Below are positions 1-12,388 of a DNA stretch of 64,000 nucleotides, piece by piece. Origin of the DNA: Octopus vulgaris (lineage: Eukaryota); contig OX597816.1 in NCBI GenBank assembly GCA_951406725.2, positions 159,340,001 to 159,404,000 of the forward strand, read 5' to 3'. The translations under genes and the position numbers were made by a program. The notes beneath the pieces are model-generated. The model worked only from the letters and a program-made list of their open reading frames with translations. It did not search any database and was not told where the DNA came from. Position 1 is the first letter of the stretch, and the number at the start of each line of letters is the position of its first letter.

Positions 1-668
1 CAACAATAATCTATTTTTCTAGAAATTTTAATCAGTAAATAAAAATGATTATTATTTAATTTAGAATTTGTTAATCCATTGACCTAATTTCTCAAAACAA
101 CCCATCGGCCCAGTCTGGAAGATCAGTTTAACTAATGAAGAACTGCTATCAATTCTTATTTAAAGAAATAAAATAATATAGGGTTATATATATATTTTGA
201 AGTGAAAGTAATTACCTGAGCCGGAAGTATATGGTATTTTCTTTTTGTTTGGCTATAAAAAGAAATGAACAGTTAGTATAATGTGAAGTCATCAGGAATA
301 TTTTTTAGTGAAGGAAAACACTTAAAACTCATAAAATTAATTAGTATATTATGAAAAATTATTTTTAAACAGATTTTATGGCTAACTGAATATAACATAT
401 TAAAAGATGAGCACATTTTCTATAAAAGAAAGAGCTTTTAACGATGTGACTAAAGCAATATTTAATACACATTTCATACTATTAAAAAATCAGATAATGA
501 ATTGTTCACATCTTCATGTGTGTTTACATATGTATTTTATTAATGGAATTGGAAACAAAATAATGTTTTCAAAAACACTCATTTTATAAACTAAATGAAA
601 TGGATATGTGAAAAGAAAATTCTGAAAAGGTGTATATTACAGACAAATAAAAAAAAAAAAAATCTCAC

Positions 669-789
669 CTGCTCCACCAGAATCTGCATATCGCTTGAAT
701 GTATTTTCATTTTTTGATAACATATTATTCACTGTTATAATATCTTTACGAGATGTGAAGCTAGTTAAAAGATGTCCACGCCAGCTATC
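669..789 (-). CDS. per: PER coding exon, PAS-A continued: DSWRGHLLTSFTSRKDIITVNNMLSKNENTFKRYADSGGA(G). The gene continues beyond the left edge.
   Basis: Acceptor tgtttcag, donor gtgaga, 121 nt, phase 0-1. LGYPK-DSWRG...F...KD matches the PER PAS-A LGYP.D.W.G..F.DF...D pattern. Confidence 0.9.
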
Positions 790-1213
790 CTGAAACAGAA
801 AAAGAAAAACAAAGTTAATTTCCTATGTAACTGATATGTTTACAAGAATTGATCTATATCAGTGGTTCTCAACCATTTTTCACCAGTGGATCCCTTTTTT
901 TGCTATTTTATTCTGGTAGACCCCCATAGTCATTCAATGTTTAGAAACTAATTCAATAAATACTTCTTTCAAAATTTCTATTTTGTTTATTCACTCAGTC
1001 ACTTGTATAGGTTGAAGTATGTAAAATGTTTCTTGCAAAACATTACATGGACCCTACTAAGGATCCCCAATTAACTATTCTGCAAGTGTGAAGCCCCGAA
1101 AATCTTAGGATGGATTAATAGGAAATGGTAGGTCAGAAGAAGGGTGTCTATGGTTGGATGCCATCTCATGAAAAAAAAAAAAACACATTAAAAAAATATT
1201 CAATGAAACTTAC

Positions 1214-1297
1214 TTTTGGATATCCAAGAAATTTCAGTAGAGAAGCATGTACTGAATCCACTCTGCAATCCAAAGTCACAGCTAGAACAAAAGATCC
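1214..1297 (-). CDS. per: PER coding exon, start of PAS-A: GSFVLAVTLDCRVDSVHASLLKFLGYPK
   Basis: Acceptor ctcttag, donor gtaagt, 84 nt, phase 0-0. The F.l.vs..g.v...s....lLGYP pattern is typical of PAS domains. Confidence 0.9.
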
Positions 1298-2076
1298 CTA
1301 AGAGAGAAAAAAAGAACAAAAACAATTTAGCTGATTAGGTAAAATTGAGAAAGAGAAAGATCAATAGAAATTCTTAAAATCTTTTCCTTTTTAGGTAGGA
1401 AATATATATTTTTCCTTTAACTTGTTTCAGTCATAGGACTGCAGCACCATACTCAAGAACTGCCTTCAAGGGTTACTGGATCAACTTTAAACCCAGTCCT
1501 TTTTTTTTTGTATTTATGTCTGGTACCTACATTATCAGTCTCCTTTTGTTATTAGATGTAAACAAACCAACACTGGTTGTCAAGCACTGTGGACACACAC
1601 ACATACACAGTAGGTCTAAATGTGAAATCATGTAGTTGAGAAGACAACTTTTTAAACACAATGTCATTCCTGCACTTTTATGCATATATATTTTGCTTGC
1701 TTCAGTCACTGGACTGCAGCCATGCTGGGGCATGCCATGTTCAAAACTGTCAAAGCATGGAATAAACCACGCTTATTAGTTGTTAGGTAACACTAATTGC
1801 ATCCTTCAGAAATTCCATGCTTTCTATGTCTATCCATCCTTTCTGTTTTGTAGCTCTTTTACTGTTCACTTTTCTAACATTATTCAGTACTACACATGCA
1901 CTTTTGGCTTTCACTGTTGTCTTTCTTTATTTGACTTACTACTGCTTTCTATGCCGTCTTTTAAGCCTTTTCGGACAAGCTGTAGTGCACCTGAGCTTTG
2001 TATGCAATAAGCTCATTATTATTATCATCACTCAGAAAAATAAAACAAAGAAATTGAAAAGTAAGAAAAAACTTAC

Positions 2077-2186
2077 TGGTCGTAGTTCTTCTTCAGCTTC
2101 TTTACTCACAGTACCAGTGCTACTGCAATGGTCAACACTATCAGTTGCACTATCTTCAAAGCTGAATTTTGAATCATCTTTATTTT
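2077..2186 (-). CDS. per: PER coding exon: (E)NKDDSKFSFEDSATDSVDHCSSTGTVSKEAEEELRP
   Basis: Acceptor ttttccag, donor gtaagt, 110 nt, phase 1-0. Open frame consistent with both neighbouring exons. Confidence 0.88.
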
Positions 2187-2314
2187 CTGGAAAAGGGAAA
2201 ATAAATACATAAATAAATAATATAAATTACATGGTATTCCTGAAACTAAAAGCAACAAGCATGTATCATGTTGAACATCTCAATTTGACATACATATACA
2301 TAATACTTAATGAA

Positions 2315-2347
<33 letters not shown>

Positions 2348-3020
2348 ACCGGACCTGTTGTACAAATACGTTCCTCCTGAAGACATCTATAATTTCACTA
2401 ACTGCAGTTCTTCCTTTATACTGCTTCCCTTACTCTACAGAACCAATTCATCTGTTATCCATCCTTCATCCATTACTACTGTTCTCTCCACCCACATTTT
2501 CATTGCTCTGCCTCCTGAGACACTAAATTCTCCTTCCTCCCTCACACCATACATATCTCTGTATTCCTGCCTCTCTCTTCCCATCCACTTCTGCAACCCA
2601 CCCAAACGCATGTATCTCTCTTGTCATTCTCGCCCTTCTCTTATCATTTGTATCACTTTCACTATTCTGCTGCTCCATACTGCCAGTCATCTCCTACTCT
2701 CCCCACCTCCCTCAACTCTTGAATCACTGGTCATTCACCATTCACTACATCCACCCTTCAAACCTACCCAATCTTTACAGTGAGTTGCCTACCTACTGTC
2801 TCCTATTCCCAATCTCCCATACTCTCTCGTCGTCTCCATCCATCCAACACATTCCTAATATGTTTTCAACCACCAGAGTAACTTGGCATTTATTGAAGGA
2901 CAGCTTCGGAAAACAAGCATAGAAATTTAGGACAAACTTATAGAAATGCTTTGGATAGGCAAAGCTTTAAATGAAACAGAAGACAAAAACAGTTAGGTGA
3001 TAAGAAACATGAGAACCAAC

Positions 3021-3187
3021 CTTTTAACTTCTTCAACTTATCAATGACATGTTGAAGAGCAGACAAGGTGCCAGTCTTCTTTCCACGTCCTTTTGATGGA
3101 GGAAGCATAGATTTAATTTGTTGAATATACGCTTTAACTTTTTCTTTCTTGATTTGCCTAAATTCATTCCCGGTAACATGCATGCTA
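3021..3187 (-). CDS. per: PER coding exon: SMHVTGNEFRQIKKEKVKAYIQQIKSMLPPSKGRGKKTGTLSALQHVIDKLKKLK(E)
   Basis: Acceptor ttttgcag, donor gttggt, 167 nt, phase 2-1. LPP..KGR...GTLSALQ aligns by eye with the conserved N-terminal helical region of vertebrate PER (LPPERRGKGRSGTLATLQYAL-type). Confidence 0.92.
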
Positions 3188-3296
3188 CTGCAAAAGAGAA
3201 AACAGAAAAAAAAAAGGGTAATCAAATTAGCCTTTGGTCAATGAAAGAGATTATTTTGATTAAAAAAAAGCATTCATCTAATCATTTTTTTTTTAC

Positions 3297-3695
3297 CTTC
3301 TACTTGTTTCAATCATTAAATGTGGCCATGCTGGGACACTACTTGGAAGGATTTTAATCAAAGGAATTGACCCAAGTACATATATTTTAAGTTTGGGACT
3401 TATTCTGTTAGTTTCTTTACCCAAACAGCTAAATTATGGGACATAAACAAACCAACATCAGTTATCAAGTAGTGGGGAGGGAGGGAAGGGCAAACACATA
3501 TCAACATCACTTATATTCATGCATATATAATGCACTTCCATACAGTTTCCACCTATCATATTCACTCACAAGGTAGTGATTGGCCCAGGGCTACAATAGA
3601 AGATACTTGCCAATGGTCCCAACACAGTAGAAATGAACACAAAACTATATAGTTGCAAAGCAGGCATCTTAAACCACACAGCCATGCCTGCACCT
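3297..3695 (-). mobile_element. SINE family A, decayed copy
   Basis: Reverse-complement similarity to 5086-5475 (TACTTGTTTCAATCATT...ACCACACAGCCATGCCTGCACCTA). Confidence 0.75.
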
Positions 3696-4120
3696 ATATA
3701 TGGATTCAACAGGTCCCTTCCCACTTTTTTGTTTTACTTGCTGGGTTTTTTGGTTGAGAGGAAGAGACAATGTTATGGTCTTTGTAGGCACTCATCAGTA
3801 AAATTGATGCCATTAATGATCCTCTTGAATCTTTCTCAATCAATGTCAAGAGAAAAGACACGAACCAGTGTTGGTATATTCACATCCCTTTAACTTAGCA
3901 GTTTGGCAAAAGAGACTGATAGGACAAGTAGCAAGTCTTGAACAAAAAAGTTGATTAATTTGACTAAAAATTCTTCAAGGTGGTGTCCCAGCATTGCCAG
4001 AGTCTAATGACTGAAACAAGTAAAAGATAAAAGATGTGAATGCAATACTAATTAAGACTATCATTAGTACACACAACAGAGAAGTTAAACTGTAAATAAG
4101 AAAGTTCATTTAAGACATAC

Positions 4121-4195
4121 CTGCAACCACTTGTTGATGGTTGGTCATCAGTAGTTTCACTGCTTAGGGATATGCTTACACTACTAGAACTTCCC
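4121..4195 (-). CDS. per: PER coding exon: GSSSSVSISLSSETTDDQPSTSGC(S)
   Basis: Acceptor ttttcag, donor gtatgt, 75 nt, phase 2-2. PSTSGCSS is the motif found in vertebrate PER N-termini. Confidence 0.9.
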
Positions 4196-5085
4196 CTGAA
4201 AATAAAAACAAATATGACACTTAAGAATATTGAATCACAAAATAATTTCATATTTAATTTGGATGTAATAACATTTAACGTAAACGTTTAAGATTACTGG
4301 ATCTGTAAAATGCAAACCCAGTTCCTTCATTAATGAATTTTCATTTAAATAAGTCAATATTGATAGCAAAAATATTAGTAAGCAATTTAAAAATGATTTA
4401 TTACAAAAAAAAAAAGAAATATAATGAACGATTCTAGTAATTCAGCTTAAATTTAATGCTTTCAGATATATTGATTTGATTGATTAATTTAGTTCTTAAT
4501 TAAAAGCTGGCAGAACCTTCCCTCTCCAAGTTTACAGAACTGTAACTTCAGTAGTGAACCTAAGCACATCATCAGAAGACCAAATTTTATCAGCTATATA
4601 GACATGGGTTTTAATCATTACTTTTATATAAAATAATTAAGCCTAAAAGTATCAAACCTACAATACCTAAAAGTATCCTGATCAGATGCAATTAATCTAC
4701 AGCACAAACTGTTTATTAAATTGTAACTTAGTATTTGCTATTATTTACATTGGATGAAGTTTGATAAAACAATTCTGTTAGAAATTATTATAACTGTGTA
4801 TTGCAAATATAAGTTAGAATAAAAAAGGAATTTGTTTCAGTTGAAAATAAAATAGAAAAATATTTTTTATGCTAAGTAAAACTGTGAGCATAAGGCCATT
4901 TTAGCAGAATTAATTCAGAGATGACATAACTTCAGAAAGAGAATACACAAATCCCTCAAGACAAAAAAAAAAAAAAAAAAAAAAGCGACACAAGTTTGCC
5001 TATCACTGAGTCAGAAAATGATAGTTTCAATTCTTACAGAAGAGATTTGAAGTAAAAATAAGCTAGCGCCTTATAAATGTATATG

Positions 5086-5475
5086 TAGGCGCAGGTGTGG
5101 CTGTGTGGTAAGAAGCTTGCTTCCCAACCACATGGTTCCAACTCAGTCCTGCTATGAGGCACCTTGGCAAATGTCTTCTACTATAGCCTCGGGCCGACCA
5201 AAGCCTTGAGTGGATTTGGTTAACGGAGACTGAAAAAAGCCCATTGTATGTGTATATATATATGTTTGTCCGTCAGTGTTTGTCCCCCCCTACCATTACT
5301 TGACAACCGATGTTGGTGTGTTTATGTTCCCTAAACTAGCGGTTCGGCAAAAGCGACCGATAGAATAAATACTAAGCTTACAAGGAATAAGTCCTGGGGT
5401 CGATTTGTTCGACTAAAGGCGGTGCTCCAGCATGGCTGCAGTCAAATGACTGAAACAAGCAAAAGAATAAAAGAA
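5086..5475 (+). mobile_element. tRNA-derived SINE, family A (octopus-type), near full length
   Basis: tRNA-like head (GGCTGTGTGGTAAG...GGTTCC...CAGTCC) and tail ...GACTGAAACAAG(TAAAAGA)n. Many copies in the window. Confidence 0.85.
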
Positions 5476-8400
5476 TATACATAGATATTTTATTTATTCA
5501 CACGCGCACGCAAAATCTATCTAGAAAACAAAGAACCACAACTCATGAATGTATAAATTGGAGTTACGTCCCATGTTTACAATAATTTTTTTTTTTTTCT
5601 ATAATTGATTTCATATATTGCAGTGGTTATCTTTTGGGTGATGCACGAAAATCAAATTATTATTATTATATATATCGTACGGAAATTAAAAAAAAGAGTT
5701 TGAAAGTTACCCTTCCAATATTCAGTCATTGCATACCTTGTCTTAATAATGATACACGAATATAATTTATGACTAAAACAACATCTCAACACCAGTCGCC
5801 TAACCCATGCAAGCATGGAAAAATGGACATTAAAAACGAACAAATGAACATGTGAGCAAACTATAAGTCTATATGCTATATTCATAAAATTAATGAATTT
5901 GATGGAGAATGTGAAATTAATCAGAGATTGACAAGCATTAAAAAAGATGGATAAAATACATTCAAACTAGTCTGGATGTTAGAACAGTGGTAAGAAGTAA
6001 GGTGATTAGTGGACAGAGATAAGTGAAATTAACAAGTAGTTCATGAAATGTGTAACATTGCATTTGAATTTAACAACCTAACTAAATCTCCTAACAACAT
6101 TCAGACACTAATCTCTTTGCAGTAGATTATATTCAAACTAATCTTTCCACAAGCTTAATGTAATCCCACACTGACATCAACTTGTTTTCACTTTCATCAA
6201 ATCTACAATAACTAAGACTATAATTCTAGATCTCAGACTTAATCAAATCAAGACTATCATCATCATCATTCCCATTTAATGCCTGTTTTCCATGCTGGCA
6301 TGGGTTGGATGGTTCAACAGAAGCTGGCAGCAAGAAAACTGCCCTTCCTAATGCCAACCACTTCACAGAAGTTTTTTTTTTTACATGGCATGAGCATCAA
6401 TGAGATCACCAGGTTAACTTGCAAGTCAAAACAACCTCAATTCAGGTGAAGGTGTACTATTGTGCCAGGTGATGAAAAGTTAAAGTATGATAGAGGGACA
6501 GAAACAAGTGTCTAACAGTAAAGGAGATAAATAGTTACCGCGGTTGGAAAAGTGAGAGGAAAGAGAGAGAGAGAAGATAGTGGTAAAGATGTGTCAGGGT
6601 GAAACCACAAGTTACAGGGAGGTCAGTTTATTAATATTTCAGTTCTAGTGTCTATTGATCTACATTTGTATTCATGCACATTGATGCAACTGAGCAAGTT
6701 GTTTCAATCTACATGTTACTCTGTTTGACACTGGAGACTTAACACTGTCTGCAGCATGTTTAAAAAAAGGCAGTGTTTCCTGCTACTATGAGACAGAATT
6801 TGAACTCCGAATGTAAAGAACATGAATAGATAATGCAAGGCATCTTGTCTTGAGACTAAGAATTTCACTGCCTCTGGCTGGCAGTTATCAATCCTGGAAG
6901 AATGAAAAGCAAAATTGACCTCTACAAGATTTGAACTCAGAATGTCATTTCAAATACTGCAAGTTACCTCCATCCTTAATATAAACTTAAATATAAGAGA
7001 TTCCTTTGGAAACCTTAAATTTGTTAAGTATGTAAGAAGATTGAAAATGAACTGGAGTGTAAGTGGATTCTTTCCATAGAATTAAACTTGTCTATGGAAA
7101 TCTTGAATTAGAAGAAAGAGGAATACTGTTGATCAGTAGGAAGTCTAGAGAGAAATGATGAACCTCAATTTGTAGCTGTTTTTAAGCAATAAACCAAATA
7201 AGCTGATAATTAAGAGCATAATGCATTAATTCTATAAGCTAGCTCTGAAATATTAGTGATATGTCTCATCTATTGATTAACTTAATTATCAAAGCAATCT
7301 TGGTTGTGGTTTATAGCAACAGTGGCCAAACTGCAGCTCTCAAAGCTACCAAGTGTGACTCCATAACATCCTACCGACTGGATTTTATAGTATAAAATAT
7401 AATGAAGAAGACTCGATAAAAGCCTTCAACAAGCAGGCATTAATCAATCTACTTTAACAAGTAAAACTATATCACAATATATTTTCTTATTTGTATTGAG
7501 TGTAAAATATCATGTGGCTTTTCTTATTAAACAAACTGACTACCCTTCGTTTATAGTATCTGAGATACAGAAGTGGTTCAAGATGAGCAACAATGAGAAT
7601 AGATGATTAAACACTACAAACCATGTCAGTATAGAGAGAAGCATGAAATACAATAGTTATTTTATAGTTTATAAAGAGGTTGCAGAAAGTCTTGAGTTTC
7701 AAACACCATTGAAAGACATTACAAGAATAATCAAGTAGCATAAAAATGGATATATTACAATGTATAATTAAAATATAATTTAAGAAATCCATCTTTTCAA
7801 AAAGTATTTCCTACTATATCTTTCGCTGTACAAAATGCACTGAACAAATTTTAAAATAGCTTGGTGAAATTAAGGTAAATTAGTATTCACTGCAAACTCA
7901 ATGATGACAAGAAGCCAAACAGATTTCTATGGAAATTGAAATAAAACAATTCAAAATAGACAAAGCACTAAGAAAAGAAAATTTCAATATTGTTTCTACT
8001 TTAAAAATGTGTAAATTGATCTAATGCAGATTGAATGAGAAATTAAAACGAAGATTAATTATAAGAGAATTGGCATTTCTCATATTATATAACAACCATC
8101 TTTTCACACTAGCAGAGTTAACAAGTCTTTCACATTGTTTTCTATGGTATCCATGGTTATTTTCCCGACACTTTTTTTTTATTATCAAACTTTCAACAAT
8201 CGATTTAATATCATGTCCATACCACTCAAATATTCTAATTAATAATATATGATCTCTTTGCTCACTTAAAAACACATTCTAGCCTTTATGTCTAATATTA
8301 CACTCTTGATTAGTGACATTTCCCTCTATCATCTTCACAAATGACAAACCATGTTTTCTCTATTCATATTTCCTTGAAAAACACCCACATGCTTTAGGAC

Positions 8401-11400
8401 AAAAAGACTCTTCTAAATTCAAAAACAGAATAACTAAAGTTTATTTAAGAAAAGAAAAACACAACTGATATCAGATAAAAGATGCATTTGACATTCACAG
8501 AACCTAGAATTTTCATATTAGCTTCTTTTTCTTCAAATCCTTAAAAAAATCAATCAGAGGAGGAAAAGTAAATTATTAAAGTGATTCAATTAATGTTCAG
8601 TTTGAACTTATGTAGGCTGATGTCTGCAGGAAAAATCAAAGTGAAAAAGAAATTCCAAATGGTTGTAACTTTGGGGAAAATGAGACAGGAAATAAGACAG
8701 TGAAGGATATGGTTGGAAGAGACCACAGTATGAATGATAACAAAAGAGAAATAAGTGTATTAGATGGGATTGAGTATTTTGTCAGCTCTCAAACTGGTCT
8801 GCTTTCTTTCATTTACATTTGTGTAGATGATATAGAAGAGAGGTAATATTAAGAAAAATGAAAGCAGCTCATGTCTCTGGGAGACTCAGTGGAATAAGTA
8901 AAGATTTACAGTGCAAAAGCAAGATTGTGCATCTTCAATCAAAATTTCTTATTTATCTTAATACATCATTGAAAGTAAGAATTAGTGAAAAACTGAACTA
9001 GGGAAACAGTCTTGGAAATATTTTAACATGGGATCACTCTAAAACTAAGAAATTAAAGATTTCTGAATGACTTATAGAATCATATATAGTTCAAGTTTTG
9101 GGATTGGGAAAATGGGAGACTAGTAGATGAAGTGAAAGTGTATAAGTGGAAAACAAAAAGATGATCACCAAAACAATTTCTGAAAGAAATAAGAAAGAAA
9201 AAAACTTGCAAGAAGCCAAACATTTTGGAATCCAGACAATAATCAAACAAAAATAACTAGCTGAAAAGAAAAAAAAGGACTAGTGGAGAATAGTATGGGC
9301 TGTAGATACTGTCTGATGATGTCAGTAGAAAAGAACAGCATAAAGTTTATTTGGTCAATAATAACTGGGTACTATAATCTCAATATTAACCTTTGAATAG
9401 GCTTGGAACATCAGTAACATACAAATGAATTTCTTAAAATTCTAGAGCAATGCAGATAACTATATAACTTGGCAGTCATGGTAGTAGGGACTGATTATAG
9501 AAAATAGTTGAAAAGCAATGTTATAAGTGCTGTTATCCCTAAAAATTAGGTTAGCTAGACAGCTGTGCAATCTATCTAGAATAATAAATGTACTGTTCAC
9601 TGACTGGTTGGGTTGCAACTGTACTTTAAGTACACCCACACAGCAAGCAACACAATACAGAGAAATGTTTGAAAAAAATTAAGAATACTACTCGCAAATT
9701 CATATTAAAAGCTTAAACCAATTTCCAGTTAGATTATTTTTACTTGATTACTATTTAACCTTTAGTAAGGAGTACATAAAGATTTATATAACTTATTATA
9801 TTAATTATAATTATAATAAAATCCAATGTTATATAACAATCTTTCACTGATACTAATTTGAAAACAATCTAATCAGATTTAAAAGTTTCTATGAACAAAG
9901 ACTTAGTAGAAGCAATTCTATTTCTCAGAATGAGATGTTAGTAAATTTTGGATTCAGAATTTTGCTTTACTTATAACTCCCTATTGTACAGACACATTTC
10001 TTTAATAAATTTTGTATGGAAAACTTTTCCATCCTTTACAATATAATTTTCATTACATTCACTTCTTAATAATGACAAAATTATTTTTCTAAATTCTTTA
10101 TTATTTTCAAAATAAATTGAAACAAAGGACAGTGTATTTCAACTGAGATATAGTAACAAAAAGGTTAATAATAATCTCTATATATATAAACGGCAAAATG
10201 ATATTGCTGTTGATGTTGATGTACTACTTGACTCAACAGATCTCCTCAAGCATGGCATGTCACCCTACGATCCAAGGTACTTTTGAGTGGACTGGTTATG
10301 TGACACTGGTGTAGGTTATGGCTGTGGACTCACTTTATTTGCCAAGTCTTCTCAGTCACAGCATACCTCCAGAGGTCTCAGTCTTTTGTCATTGCCTCTG
10401 TGTGACCCAACGTTTGAAGCTCATGCTTCACCACCTCATCCCATGTCTTCCTAGGTCTCTCTCTACCCCGGATTCCTTCCACTGTTTGGGAGTGGCACTT
10501 CTTTTTTCACATAATATGTTTACTTCCTCACATATATCCAATGCCTATTATTTTATATTATATGTATGTTCGTCTCTAGCATCATTGTAATTGCTTTATA
10601 ATTTGCCATAAAAAAATTAACTAAAAGAGTTGACAAACTAACTGAGAAATTATAAAAAATGTACAACACTGACCACCTTCAGATTTCAAATTATGGCAAG
10701 AACTTTTGATTTCCTATGATTAACAGAATTAATTTTTAGATAGAATATTAAACAAATAAATCTTTTTTTTTTTTAATTATAATGAAATCTAATGTTTAGA
10801 TATAAAGCAAAATATAACTTTATGTAAAAATAATTAACTTAAAATCATTTTGTTGTGTATATATTCATTTTTTTATCAATCATTGTCAATGATTCACAAA
10901 TGTTATCCTAATCAAAAGCTTCAGTTTTCAGGTAAAAAGAAAAAAGAAGAGAAAAAAAAAAAGAGTAACCCGAGTTTTAAGTTTTTATCCCCTTTTTGAG
11001 ATAATTTGCAGACTTCCAATTTGCTGATAATCTGAAGGACTACTGCAAATGTTATGCCAACCAAATTCTTTAATTTTTTTGGGAAGAAATATTAATGAAA
11101 GAGAATGCTGTGTGCTGAGTTGATGGTGGTTTTCATAACCAGCTGAGAAATTAATGGCACATATCCTTTTACCAAGACTTTATAGTATCTATAGTCAAGA
11201 CATTTAACTTCCAATGCTTGAGTCTGTTCACCAATTTTTAATTGAAACTATCACTGTAAGAAGTGGGAGGTATGGTAAAAGTCACAAACAAATCATGGGT
11301 TTGTGAAGTACTGAGCTTCATTTTTATCATGGAAAACATTCCCTGTAATATTCAGAAGACATTTGTCCGACATCCGTTTAACATGATATGCACTGGTCCA

Positions 11401-12244
11401 ACAGATTGTAACGGTTTCTGGAAGGAATGACTAGGAGCTGAAGTTTTTATAATATAAATGATTGCAAGTTGAACATATTCCATTTCATTCTAGGTAACCA
11501 AAATAAAATTTGTTTTTGCAACGGTTGAGTTCATACTACAAATAACTTTTAATAAGTCCCTTTTTGACCCGAAAACAAAGTTTGAAACTCTTGAAAGTGA
11601 AGAGAAGCATACATTTATTTGAATTCCAGAGCCACATCTTTGAAAACCAAGGAGCAATGTCCCTAAATTATTACATCTTTTTAAACTCTGAATATCTGTA
11701 GTTGGTTGTATCGTTAAACTGCAATCATTATTCGTAAAATTTAAAAGTGATTTCTGATATTTTCTATTTTATACACAGAATAACTGTCTTCATTATATGT
11801 ACTCAATGTCTTCTGAAAGTACCACATAAATGGGTTTTCACAAAGTAACTGTGGTATCTTGACCAGTGTATTTCCTTTAAACTTGCTCAAATTTATCCCA
11901 AATTCCATTGCCTAGTTCATTAAAAAGTATGAGTAATAGTGCTTTCTAAAAGGTAGAAGGCCTCACATTTGACAGATAGGCATATTTGATAAACTGAGCC
12001 CACAACACAATTGGTATTATTTTATCAACTTAAGCAGGATGAAAGGCAAACTCTACCTTGGTTAGACTTGAACTCAGAAAGCAAAGGGATGAAACTTAAT
12101 CCCACAAGGGATTGTTCAATTTTACTTATTCTGCCAACCCACCACCGTTACGATACAAGTAATATTGACACTAAAATTCTAATGACAAAGTGGGCTATTT
12201 TTTAAGACACTGCATAGCTAGAATGGGAGCTAATTACAACTTAC

Positions 12245-12388
12245 CTCACAGTATCTTCCATATTTGTGAAGAGAAAGTAGATATGGACTTGGGATAACAC
12301 AGATATAAGATCTTTAATAATAACTTAAGTAAATAGTTGAATTTCGTAGGTGCCAGAATCAAACCAAGCAGGGAGACAGCTAAAAAAA
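12245..12388 (-). other. Candidate alternative per exon: 5' UTR plus MEDTV(R), ATG at 12261-12259
   Basis: Polypyrimidine acceptor tttttctctttcag, ATGG start, and strong donor GAG|gtaagt in phase 2, compatible with exon 4121-4195. No transcript evidence available. Confidence 0.5.

Noticed and set aside
2938-3225. 95-aa single-exon ORF as a standalone gene
   Set aside because: Only 3021-3187 is exonic. The flanks are the polypyrimidine tract and intron.
5090-5165. tRNA gene
   Set aside because: tRNA-derived SINE head with A/B-box-like motifs that continues into SINE body; no proper cloverleaf.
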